Source: a virus
Virus record (IMG/VR): IMGVR_UViG_3300020447_000001
Span: 52,383 to 116,382 of that record
Direction: 5' to 3' (one strand)
DNA length: 64,000 nucleotides
The position numbers were made by a program, and so were the translations under genes. Each line of letters opens with the position of its first letter. The first letter of the stretch is position 1. Below, piece by piece: positions 17,830 through 25,476 of the stretch. Below the pieces are notes generated by a model that had not been told where the DNA came from, did not search any database, and saw only the letters and a program-made list of their open reading frames with translations.

Positions 17830-18654
17830 ATGGCTACAATTACTAAAGCAAAAATAGCAAAGAACGGAAAAGTATCGACAGCAAAGAAGGCAACTTCACA
17901 GAGAAAGGATCCTTTTGAAAAGACGCGTATTGTAATACCGGCAATGAAGAAGGCGATCTACAGGGCTACCCTATATGGAAAAACGGATCTGATCGTACAT
18001 GCTTTAGGCACGAAGGCAAAAAAGAAGTTGTTGGACTCAATGGGGCCGAAGAACGCTGCGTCGAAAGTGCGACCTGCTAAAGATCCCGCCGCTGAGTATT
18101 TTGACAGCATGTACATCCTTAACAACAAGTACGACTTTGTGACTGGAGAATACTCCAATCCTCACATGAAAGATCAGCCGTACACGGGCGACATCGACGC
18201 AGATTATGAGACTATTATGCGTCCCATCCGGTACGAAGATTGCACGGCTATTCACGGGGTAGCTTGCGCGGGTATCCGAAAGGGCATGGTTCGTGCGGCA
18301 AAGTCGTGCGGGGCCGTTATGACAGATACCAACTGTAATATACGGGTAGAAAGTCCTTATGGGAACGAGCTTGCCATTAAATTTGAAACTCTTGTTTCTG
18401 GGGAAGTCCCGGTTAAAGTCGGTAAAAACCAAACGGACTTGCGATATCGTCCTCACTATTCAAACTGGAGCATAGATATTGCGATTACTCACCAGTCTGA
18501 GATTATCGGGCCGGAAGAATTGACACAACTCCTTCGAAATGCCGGGGAATTTGTCGGCCTGTCAGAATGGAGAAACGAGAAGGGCGGTCAATACGGCGCG
18601 TACGAAGTAGACCTCAACAGTATTCAATACGAGCTAACTAAAGACAACAAGTAG
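17830..18654 (+). CDS. stand-alone RAMP/Cas7-like protein (candidate Vipr-type effector)
   Basis: N-terminal strand ATLYGKTDLIVH, GIRKGMVRAA helix, DLRYRP.Y..W, C-terminal Gly-rich loop LLRNAGEFVGLSEWRNEKGGQYGAYEV; no other cas genes nearby. Confidence 0.7.
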   Translation: MATITKAKIAKNGKVSTAKKATSQRKDPFEKTRIVIPAMKKAIYRATLYGKTDLIVHALGTKAKKKLLDSMGPKNAASKVRPAKDPAAEYFDSMYILNNKYDFVTGEYSNPHMKDQPYTGDIDADYETIMRPIRYEDCTAIHGVACAGIRKGMVRAAKSCGAVMTDTNCNIRVESPYGNELAIKFETLVSGEVPVKVGKNQTDLRYRPHYSNWSIDIAITHQSEIIGPEELTQLLRNAGEFVGLSEWRNEKGGQYGAYEVDLNSIQYELTKDNK

Positions 18655-18673
18655 ATAATTCTGTTTTCGTTAT

Positions 18674-18705
18674 AAGCCCCTAGCCTCCGGGCTAGGGGCT
18701 TTTTT
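18674..18705 (+). terminator. terminator-like hairpin between the RAMP gene and its partner gene
   Basis: AAGCCCCTAGCC-tccg-GGCTAGGGGCTT followed by a T run. Confidence 0.75.
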
Positions 18706-18718
18706 AAAAGGAGAACTC

Positions 18719-19243
18719 ATGGAAGCTGCAATTAATTTTGAGTATCAAGCGAAGAAGGGTCGTCCGTTATCAGATGCGGTAGCCGAATTGGTGGGTCCTG
18801 AAATTCGATCGCTTAGCCAAGAGACAGGGGAGGAAGTCACCCCTGTCGAGTATTTAAACTGGGTAGCTACTCATCCACATAGTGAAAGTCACGCTTTGTT
18901 TGAGTGGGACGACACAGAAGCAGCGAAGAAATATCGTCTGCACCAAGCACGAAACATTATCAACTCGATTGAGATTAAGATAATTGATCATCGTGGAGAT
19001 GAAACTTTTGTCCCTGCTTGGCTAAACATAAAGGTACAAAACGACGAAGAGGAATCTCCTCGTCAAGTCTACACTTCGTTTGAAAGTGTCGTAAATGATA
19101 ATGAAAAAAGTCAAATAGTGGTGGCACAAGCGAGAAAAGAGTTTATTTCCTGGCGACGACGTTATTTGTTGTTTAGGAATGAGTTACCTCTAGCCGCTAT
19201 TTTTGAGGCTACTGATGAGCTTGAGCTAGAAGAAGAAGGTTGA
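18719..19243 (+). CDS. uncharacterised helical protein abutting the GGY-NN array
   Basis: AGGAG RBS; FEWDDTEAAKKYRLHQARNII motif; stop codon 13 nt before the array. Confidence 0.7.
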   Translation: MEAAINFEYQAKKGRPLSDAVAELVGPEIRSLSQETGEEVTPVEYLNWVATHPHSESHALFEWDDTEAAKKYRLHQARNIINSIEIKIIDHRGDETFVPAWLNIKVQNDEEESPRQVYTSFESVVNDNEKSQIVVAQARKEFISWRRRYLLFRNELPLAAIFEATDELELEEEG

Positions 19244-19256
19244 CACCTTAAAACAA

Positions 19257-20058
19257 GGCGAGGTACGGCTAGGCTAGGTACGTCATGTTCAGGTGGGGCG
19301 AGGCAGTCGTGGCTGGTTCGGGCGAGGCAGAGGCGTGGACTGGATGGGCAGTCGGGGCGAGGTCGGGCAAGGCAGCGTGGGGTCTGGTAGGGCAGGGCAG
19401 TCATGTCACGGACGGGCGAGGCAAGTCCGGGGCGGGCAAGGCCTGGCAGTCAAGTCAGGGTTTGGTCTGGAACGGCTAGGCTAGGCTGGGTCGGGCGTGG
19501 TTTGGCAGTCAGGGCGAGGCGAGGTCCGGTTTGGTGCGGAATGGTGGGATATGTAATGGCTGGTCGTGGCTGGTTCTGGCAGTCGGGGCTTGGTGGGGTA
19601 CGGTAAGGTTTGGTTGGGTATGGTCTGACTTGGCAGTCTCGGCGAGGTCGGGCTAGGCTAGGCTAGGCTGGGTCGGGCATGGTGAGGCAGTCATGGCAAG
19701 TTCAGACTTGGCTAGGTAGGGCGGGCTCGGGCACGGCAGTCACGGCTAGTTCGGGAGTGACAAGGCGGGTTCAGGTCAGGTACGGCAAGGCAGTCAAGGC
19801 GGGGAAAGGCTGGGCTAGGCTGGGTGGGGTCTGGACAGGCAGTCACGGTGAGGTCTGTTGCGGTGAGTCGGGTACTGGTAAGGACGGGTTCGGCAGGCAT
19901 GGTCGGGCAGCGTAGCTCATGGCGAGGCCAGGCGAGGCCAGGCACGGCAGTCAAGGCGATGTGGGGTGTGGCTTGGCTAGGTAGGGCTTGGACAGTCGAG
20001 GCAGTCTAGTCATGACAAGGCTAGGTGTGGCGGGGTGCAGGTAAGGCAGTCACGTCCA
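19257..20058 (+). ncRNA. GGY-NN pentamer array punctuated by GGCAGTC (candidate guide-RNA array)
   Basis: About 130 pentamers, mostly GG(C/T)NN; 14 perfect GGCAGTC delimiters, mostly spaced 9+5n nt; ends at a terminator. Confidence 0.75.
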
Positions 20059-20064
20059 GCTATG

Positions 20065-20104
20065 AACACCGCAAGTGCTACCATGCGCTTGCGGTGTTTT
20101 TTTT
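20065..20104 (+). terminator. intrinsic terminator closing the array
   Basis: AACACCGCAAGTGC-taccat-GCGCTTGCGGTGTT followed by a T run. Confidence 0.85.
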
Positions 20105-20109
20105 CTCTG

Positions 20110-20400
20110 GTACAAACCCTGGTACTTTTTTAGGGGGGACAAAAAGGGAGTCATATATTAGCCGATTAGACCGCAACTGCGCCGCAGCTAATTACCGGGG
20201 TTTGTACTAGCGCCGCAGCTAGGACGCAGCTGAGGACGCACTTGGGACGCACTTGTAATGCACTTGGAACGCACACTCCAGTGCACATTTTCTGCATATT
20301 TTCTGCACATTTTCTGCATACTGGAGTGCACATTTTCTGCACAATGGGCTGAGGACGCACTTGGGACGCACACTGGAGTGCACATTTTCTGCACAATGGG
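20110..20400. repeat. non-coding nested direct/inverted repeat tract (iteron/ori-like)
   Basis: (C/T)ATTTTCTGCA x5, multiple GGACGCAC copies, 28-bp and 24-bp direct repeats, 15-bp inverted repeat at 20110-20124/20193-20207. Confidence 0.75.
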
Positions 20401-20417
20401 GGGTAAAAAACTAAAGT

Positions 20418-21416
20418 TTTACCTCCTACAATAACTTAACGCGTCCCTTATACTACGTATAAGAAAGGCGAGCATGATTAAACGAATTCCACTGGGGCTG
20501 CAAGACATACTGACCCGAATCGAAGATCCGTCGGACGCATTCACATTTAGTCGTTGGGGTGATGGCGAATGGCAAGCGATTGCAGGGGCGAGAAGCCGTA
20601 GTAATCGAGACGGGCACAGGTATTTCCCAGAAATGGGCAAAGAACTACGCCAAATCTTGCTGGAACAGCCAGATTACGTTATGGGCATGCAGGGATTAGC
20701 CCTGCGGGTCATGGGAGACAAAATTAACACGCAAGTTAAAGCCGCAGGCCTAGATTACGTCGATTGGGTAGATTCGGATGTATTTCACCAAGCTGCTTTA
20801 AACGGACATCTCTATTGCGTTGTAAACGCAGTAAATACACGAAAGGTGTTGCTGGTTGGTCCACCCCATCTAAGGAAGGTCAATACAAATACAAATTTAC
20901 CCCTACATTATTGGGAATTTGTAGAGGTCTCGCCAAAGAATGCTTATCTGGATATAGAGCGCGTAATAGGGGATATAGAGCAAATTTTAGCAGAATACAA
21001 AGGAAAAGAGCCTTTGTGTATCTCAGTAAGTGCCAGCTTACCTGCGGGTATTATTCTTCACAGAATATACCCATTAACCAAGGGGCGACACACTGTAATA
21101 GACTTCGGATGTTTGTGGGATCCGTTAGCTGGTGTAATTACAGCGGGATATCACAAGGAGCAAGGTATTAAAGCTATTGTGGAAGCTAGAAGTACAGAAC
21201 CTTACATCACGGAAGTAAGTGAAGAACAGTAACACCTATTTACTATAGTAACATAGCATATGTTACTGTGCAATAAGAAGGTAATTTACTACGTAAATCC
21301 ATATGGAATTGGCGAAGATTAACAGATAAGTAATTTACTTAAGATACAGGGAGAAAAAAGACTCCCTGTTCTTATACGTAGTATAAGGGACGCGTTAAGT
21401 TATTGTAGGAGGTAAA
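20418..21416. mobile_element. 999-bp cassette with perfect 48-bp terminal inverted repeats, no transposase
   Basis: 20418-20465 is the exact reverse complement of 21369-21416; GT dinucleotide on both flanks. Confidence 0.6.
20474..21232 (+). CDS. GT-D fold (DUF1792-like) glycosyltransferase-related protein
   Basis: FTFSRWGDGEW and IDFGCLWD motifs. Confidence 0.65.
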   Translation: MIKRIPLGLQDILTRIEDPSDAFTFSRWGDGEWQAIAGARSRSNRDGHRYFPEMGKELRQILLEQPDYVMGMQGLALRVMGDKINTQVKAAGLDYVDWVDSDVFHQAALNGHLYCVVNAVNTRKVLLVGPPHLRKVNTNTNLPLHYWEFVEVSPKNAYLDIERVIGDIEQILAEYKGKEPLCISVSASLPAGIILHRIYPLTKGRHTVIDFGCLWDPLAGVITAGYHKEQGIKAIVEARSTEPYITEVSEEQ

Positions 21417-21447
21417 GTTTTAAGTTACAACCACGAAGGAGTTAGTA

Positions 21448-21657
21448 ATGACCATGTATGGTTCTCTTACAAAGAGACAAATGGCTCTTCTTACCCCCCA
21501 TGCTGGCATCTTCGATTGGGATGACCTTCCCAAGGAGACGCAGCAGCAGGTCTTGGCAATCAGGGATCACGAGACAACGTGGTCTGACGCACAGCGCTAT
21601 CTGGGCGATCTCTACAATCCACATTTCGTAGATGCTGCCGCTAGATTGCTTAAATAG
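21448..21657 (+). CDS. small hypothetical protein
   Basis: AGGAG RBS; stop codon lies inside the palindrome. Confidence 0.6.
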   Translation: MTMYGSLTKRQMALLTPHAGIFDWDDLPKETQQQVLAIRDHETTWSDAQRYLGDLYNPHFVDAAARLLK

Positions 21658-21666
21658 CACTATTTA
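21651..21666. promoter_or_regulatory. palindrome variant TAAATAGCACTATTTA
   Basis: 15/16 match to the consensus; followed by GGAG RBS. Confidence 0.7.
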
Positions 21667-21679
21667 CGGAGAAAACACG

Positions 21680-22471
21680 ATGCTCCAGCCAATACCGGAC
21701 AAGTTGGTGGTGTTGACCTTTGATGACGGGCATAGATCAGACCTTCATACAGTGGTTCCACTACTGCAACGTTTTTGTTTTGGAGCTACGTTTTTCATCC
21801 CTGGAAGGTGGAAACACCGTGCGGATGCTGCGGCTTTTTTAACTTGGGAGGAGGTAGAGCAGCTAGACAGTTTTGGCTTTGAGGTTGGTAATCACACACT
21901 TAGACATCCAAACCTTTTGGAGTGTGAGGCCTGGGAAGTTGCCAAAGAGATTGATGATCTTCATCAGTGTCTTTCAGACCGAGGTATTTCTCCCCCAGTG
22001 TCTTTTTGTTACCCCGGATTTCACCACAATCCTTTGGTAGCGTCAGTAGTACAAGAGAAGAATTTCTTGTTTGCGAGACGGGGGGTTGATGGTGAGTTTA
22101 AGACAAAGGAAGGGTTTTGGAGAACCCTTAACGTTGATTCTCGTTTTGAAGATGGTAATTGCGGAGCACGGGGTCCGACTTACGACATAACACATGATCA
22201 CCCGTTGCTAATACCAATTACGTTGTACTATGGCTCTGCCATGTCTTTTGATGACGTAAAGTGGGCTGTTTCGCAAGCGGTTAACAAGCAGATTACTGTG
22301 TTGTGTTATCACGGCGTGCCAGAAGAGAAAGTATCTATAAGCACGTCTGTGGCGGACTTTAAACAACACATGGAGTACTTACACCATGAGGGTTGTCAGG
22401 TGATTGCCATGCGAGACCTGCAAAACTATGTGGATCCCGCCAAGTTCACGAGAGGTCCGTACGATGTTTGA
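21680..22471 (+). CDS. polysaccharide deacetylase (NodB/CE4)
   Basis: VVLTFDDG, ATFFI, EVGNHTLRH, SFCYPG, LCYHGVP. Confidence 0.9.
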   Translation: MLQPIPDKLVVLTFDDGHRSDLHTVVPLLQRFCFGATFFIPGRWKHRADAAAFLTWEEVEQLDSFGFEVGNHTLRHPNLLECEAWEVAKEIDDLHQCLSDRGISPPVSFCYPGFHHNPLVASVVQEKNFLFARRGVDGEFKTKEGFWRTLNVDSRFEDGNCGARGPTYDITHDHPLLIPITLYYGSAMSFDDVKWAVSQAVNKQITVLCYHGVPEEKVSISTSVADFKQHMEYLHHEGCQVIAMRDLQNYVDPAKFTRGPYDV

Positions 22472-22475
22472 CAGT

Positions 22476-22491
22476 TCAATAGTGCTATTTA
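22476..22491. promoter_or_regulatory. palindrome variant TCAATAGTGCTATTTA
   Basis: Reverse complement (TAAATAGCACTATTGA) is 15/16 identical to the 21651 copy; followed by GAAGGAG RBS. Confidence 0.65.
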
Positions 22492-22506
22492 ACGAAGGAG
22501 AAAGAG

Positions 22507-22824
22507 ATGAGTGACGTAGCTACAAAGACGGTATACGAAGTAAAGACCTCGTTCACGATATATGCCAACTTCAAAGTTCCGGCAGACAGTTTTGACGAGG
22601 CACTAGACAAGCTCTGCAACAAGGAACTTCTCACTGAATACTGTGGAGATCCCGCCACGTGGGGGTTCGATGAACGCAAGTTGGAGGAGGAGGGGATTAC
22701 TGTCGAAATAGATAATGTTGACGGTGACCCGTCTCCAACAGGCCGGGCTTGTGTTGTGAGCGATTGGGATTATCGAGAGTTTAAAGCGGATGAGAACGGA
22801 GACGAAATTGAGGAGGACGAGTGA
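22507..22824 (+). CDS. small acidic hypothetical protein (VPADSFDEA motif)
   Basis: GGAG RBS; 105 aa. Confidence 0.65.
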   Translation: MSDVATKTVYEVKTSFTIYANFKVPADSFDEALDKLCNKELLTEYCGDPATWGFDERKLEEEGITVEIDNVDGDPSPTGRACVVSDWDYREFKADENGDEIEEDE

Positions 22825-22997
22825 TGCCGATTTTTAAGATTTCCACGTCCTGGGAAATGTCTGCGAACGTTGAGGTTCAGGCGTCCGATCTGGACGAAGC
22901 GGTTGACATAGTTGAATCAAGCGACTTCCCGTTGCCTACCGATGCTTCGTACATAGCGGGTAGTTTTTCAGTTGATCAGGCTAAGCCTTCGAAATGA
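22824..22997 (+). CDS. small hypothetical protein (57 aa, not in ORF track; VQASDLDEA motif)
   Basis: MPIFKISTSWEMSANVEVQASDLDEAVDIVE...; TGATG coupling, GAGG RBS. Confidence 0.6.
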   Translation: MPIFKISTSWEMSANVEVQASDLDEAVDIVESSDFPLPTDASYIAGSFSVDQAKPSK

Positions 22998-23056
22998 CTT
23001 GCTAGTTAGTAGAAGTGATGAACCATCTTATTTCACAATATCTAGGAGAGCGGACG

Positions 23057-23497
23057 ATGAAGGTTTTACTTATGGTTTTGGTATTGTTCGTCGCAAGTGT
23101 AGCCCAAGCTGGGGATTGGAGCGGACAAGAATTAACGTTGATGGAAAACGTTAACATTCAACAGATGTATGAAGTACATACCAAGCATCGAAGTCGTAAC
23201 GGACTGCGACCACAGATTCTTAATGGTGAATTATGTCGTGCGGCTCAGGAGTGGTCAGAATATATGGCCGAGCATCACTATTTTAAGCACTCACATTATC
23301 CCGTCGCCGAAAATATTGCGGTGGGGCAGAAATCAGCAAATTCTGCCATGAATGCGTGGATACACAGCAGAGGGCACAATGCGAATTTGTTAGGGGGACA
23401 TAATCAGGTCGGGTTCGGGATTGCTGAGTCTGCGGACGGAACTAGGTACTGGACATCATGTCATGGTTCAGGCTTTAAAGTGCACAAAGGAGGATGA
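23057..23497 (+). CDS. secreted CAP/SCP-domain protein
   Basis: Signal peptide; HTKHR...GL, AAQEWS, AENIAVG, WIHSRGHNANLL, VGFG. Confidence 0.85.
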   Translation: MKVLLMVLVLFVASVAQAGDWSGQELTLMENVNIQQMYEVHTKHRSRNGLRPQILNGELCRAAQEWSEYMAEHHYFKHSHYPVAENIAVGQKSANSAMNAWIHSRGHNANLLGGHNQVGFGIAESADGTRYWTSCHGSGFKVHKGG

Positions 23498-23776
23498 ATG
23501 ATGTCGTTTATACAACGAGGATTACCAAATAGAGAAGGAGGAGAAGTGATGAAAACGGGATGTTGTATTTGTGGTGGCGTAATTGACAAACATTACACTC
23601 CAGAGGGCAAGATGTATTGGGATAAGGGACATAACCCTTACCCGGTTGCAGTAGATGTAAATGGCGACGCAATCGACACAGAGCACGAGGATTATCGTTG
23701 TTGCGACGTTTGTAATGCAGGCGTAGTAATCCCAGCTAGGATGGAGGGAATTCTTTTGGCAAGGAGTAAGAAATGA
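23498..23776 (+). CDS. small Cys-rich hypothetical protein
   Basis: CCICG...GHNPYP...CCDVCN. Confidence 0.6.
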   Translation: MMSFIQRGLPNREGGEVMKTGCCICGGVIDKHYTPEGKMYWDKGHNPYPVAVDVNGDAIDTEHEDYRCCDVCNAGVVIPARMEGILLARSKK

Positions 23777-24276
23777 CACGTGATCGGTTTGAGAGGACGA
23801 CTTGTGCTTGTAACGAGTGTAAGCTTGCTTGTCGTCATATGCCGGGAGCATTAATTCCCGGAGATGTTGAGGCTATTGCGGGTCACCTGGGTGCCCAAGC
23901 TACTGATGAATGGATCGAACAACATTTCCGTGCCAGTGATGGTGCGAAGGTAGTTCTGCAAGGTAATTTCTTAGCTGTCCCTTCTATGGTTCCAGCGCAG
24001 AAAGCAGACGGTAGCTGTACTTTTCTAGACGACGATGGTCGTTGTACGGTACATCCAGTAGCCCCCTTTGGATGTGCATACCTCGATATGCACATGGGAC
24101 AAAGCGAGGCTGATGAACGTAGTCAGGCAACCATCCGAGCTCAGCTAGAAGACCTAGCAAAACAAGGTGATCATTCTAAACACATTGCTAACTTGGCTGA
24201 GAAAGGTTTAGTAGCGCCTCCCCTTTTTGAACGGCGGCGTAACTTGGAGAACGCCTTTGAGGAGGTAGAAGCATGA
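23773..24276 (+). CDS. YkgJ-like Zn/Fe-chelating protein
   Basis: CxCxxCxxxC, CTFL...GRCTVH...PFGC. Confidence 0.7.
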   Translation: MTRDRFERTTCACNECKLACRHMPGALIPGDVEAIAGHLGAQATDEWIEQHFRASDGAKVVLQGNFLAVPSMVPAQKADGSCTFLDDDGRCTVHPVAPFGCAYLDMHMGQSEADERSQATIRAQLEDLAKQGDHSKHIANLAEKGLVAPPLFERRRNLENAFEEVEA

Positions 24277-24680
24277 CAACAATTGATTCTGTAGATAGCT
24301 TGGCTAGGACGTGTTATGAGTGGCCACGTACGGCAGAGAACGTGAGTGCTGAGGAGTATATAAAAAGAGGAGTTTACAGATATACCAACTGTGGTGCTTG
24401 TTTTGATACGTATGGCAAATATGTAACGGTTTCAGGGTATTGCGAAGGATCCGAGGGTGAGTTGCCTGTTTACGAGTTACGGCTACCTTTTCCAGAGAAA
24501 GTTTGGTGGGAAGCTTTAGCTAAAGCTGAAGCTGATGCTTTTGAAAAGTGGAACTCGACGCACGGATGCGAGCGGTGTTGGCCACAAGGACATTGCACTG
24601 ACAACGAAGAGTTAGAGTTTGGTAACTGGCCTATCAATCCCGAGTGTGTCAATTGCGAAGGCGACGGGGTAATTTTATAG
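24273..24680 (+). CDS. hypothetical protein with Cys motifs
   Basis: ATGA overlap; CxxC pairs. Confidence 0.6.
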   Translation: MTTIDSVDSLARTCYEWPRTAENVSAEEYIKRGVYRYTNCGACFDTYGKYVTVSGYCEGSEGELPVYELRLPFPEKVWWEALAKAEADAFEKWNSTHGCERCWPQGHCTDNEELEFGNWPINPECVNCEGDGVIL

Positions 24681-24691
24681 GAGCACACATA

Positions 24692-24970
24692 ATGGCAGTT
24701 AAAGATTTCGTAATGGGGGGTGTGATGATTACTGAGCAAGAGCCTGGGTATCATCCCCATCGTTCTACTCCCACTAGCCTCACTTACTACAGAGGTGGCC
24801 AGCTTTATATTGATTTCACAGAGGACTGTTACGGTCTTACAAATGGCGTGGCTTTAGATATGAACGAGGGTAACTTACGTGTAATCGTATGGGCGGACCC
24901 AGAAACTGAAGATCCTACTCATATAATTGTTATTAAAAAATCAAAACTGAAGGAAATTAACAATGACTGA
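24692..24970 (+). CDS. hypothetical protein
   Basis: AGGAG RBS before ATG 24692. Confidence 0.55.
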   Translation: MAVKDFVMGGVMITEQEPGYHPHRSTPTSLTYYRGGQLYIDFTEDCYGLTNGVALDMNEGNLRVIVWADPETEDPTHIIVIKKSKLKEINND

Positions 24971-25475
24971 ATTAACACGGGAAGAGCTTGAGGCACGATG
25001 GAGAAAGAATCGCGAGGAAGAGACGGTTAGACAAGCGGAAAAAGAGAAGGCAACTAAACCTCTCTTTATGAGGATGTGCGAGCTGCTTTTGGCGAGGGAT
25101 ATTCGTTTTGTGGAGGTAGAATACGATGGGCAGGGGGACAGCGGTTGTATCGAGACCGTTAGTTATTTAGACGAGAAGGAGGAGCACTCGCCGCAGCCGC
25201 CGATTAGTACTGATTTTTTGCCGGGATGGAAGACTTTTGGTGGGCAGGAGTTGGATTTGGAAACTGGTATCCGGAAACGACAAGAAGTCGATGGTACTGT
25301 CGAAGACTTCATCGAAGATTTCGTGTACGAGAGACTTCCGGGCGGTTGGGAAATTAACGAGGGAAGTTTTGGCACTTTCAAAATTGATTTGAAAGAGAAA
25401 AGTTGGGACAGTTCTCACATGATTCGAACGTACTCGGTAGAGGACTTCGGCATGAGCGGAAGTTACGAGGACTAA
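24963..25475 (+). CDS. DUF6878-like protein
   Basis: VEVEYDGQGDSGCIE and GWEINEGSFGT motifs. Confidence 0.6.
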   Translation: MTELTREELEARWRKNREEETVRQAEKEKATKPLFMRMCELLLARDIRFVEVEYDGQGDSGCIETVSYLDEKEEHSPQPPISTDFLPGWKTFGGQELDLETGIRKRQEVDGTVEDFIEDFVYERLPGGWEINEGSFGTFKIDLKEKSWDSSHMIRTYSVEDFGMSGSYED

Positions 25476-25476
25476 C

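Noticed and set aside
19257-20058. Canonical CRISPR array, or a plain microsatellite/G-quadruplex tract
   Set aside because: No 23-47-bp direct repeats with unique spacers. A plain satellite would homogenise the NN positions and would not keep 9+5n delimiter spacing. G4 formation is possible but does not explain the grammar.
19162-20210. Overlapping Gly/Arg/Trp-rich ORFs in several frames across the array
   Set aside because: By-products of the stop-poor pentamer repeat: no RBS, all frames open, and period 5 is not compatible with codon selection.
20166-20640. Cys-rich minus-strand ORFs over the repeat tract
   Set aside because: Translations of the direct repeats (MQKMC.. units) with no coding signals.
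21338-21353. Partial gapped self-match of the first array unit (…AT-a-CA-g-GG-a-GA)
   Set aside because: Only four consecutive dinucleotides match and the upstream ones fail, as expected by chance. A full computational search is needed.
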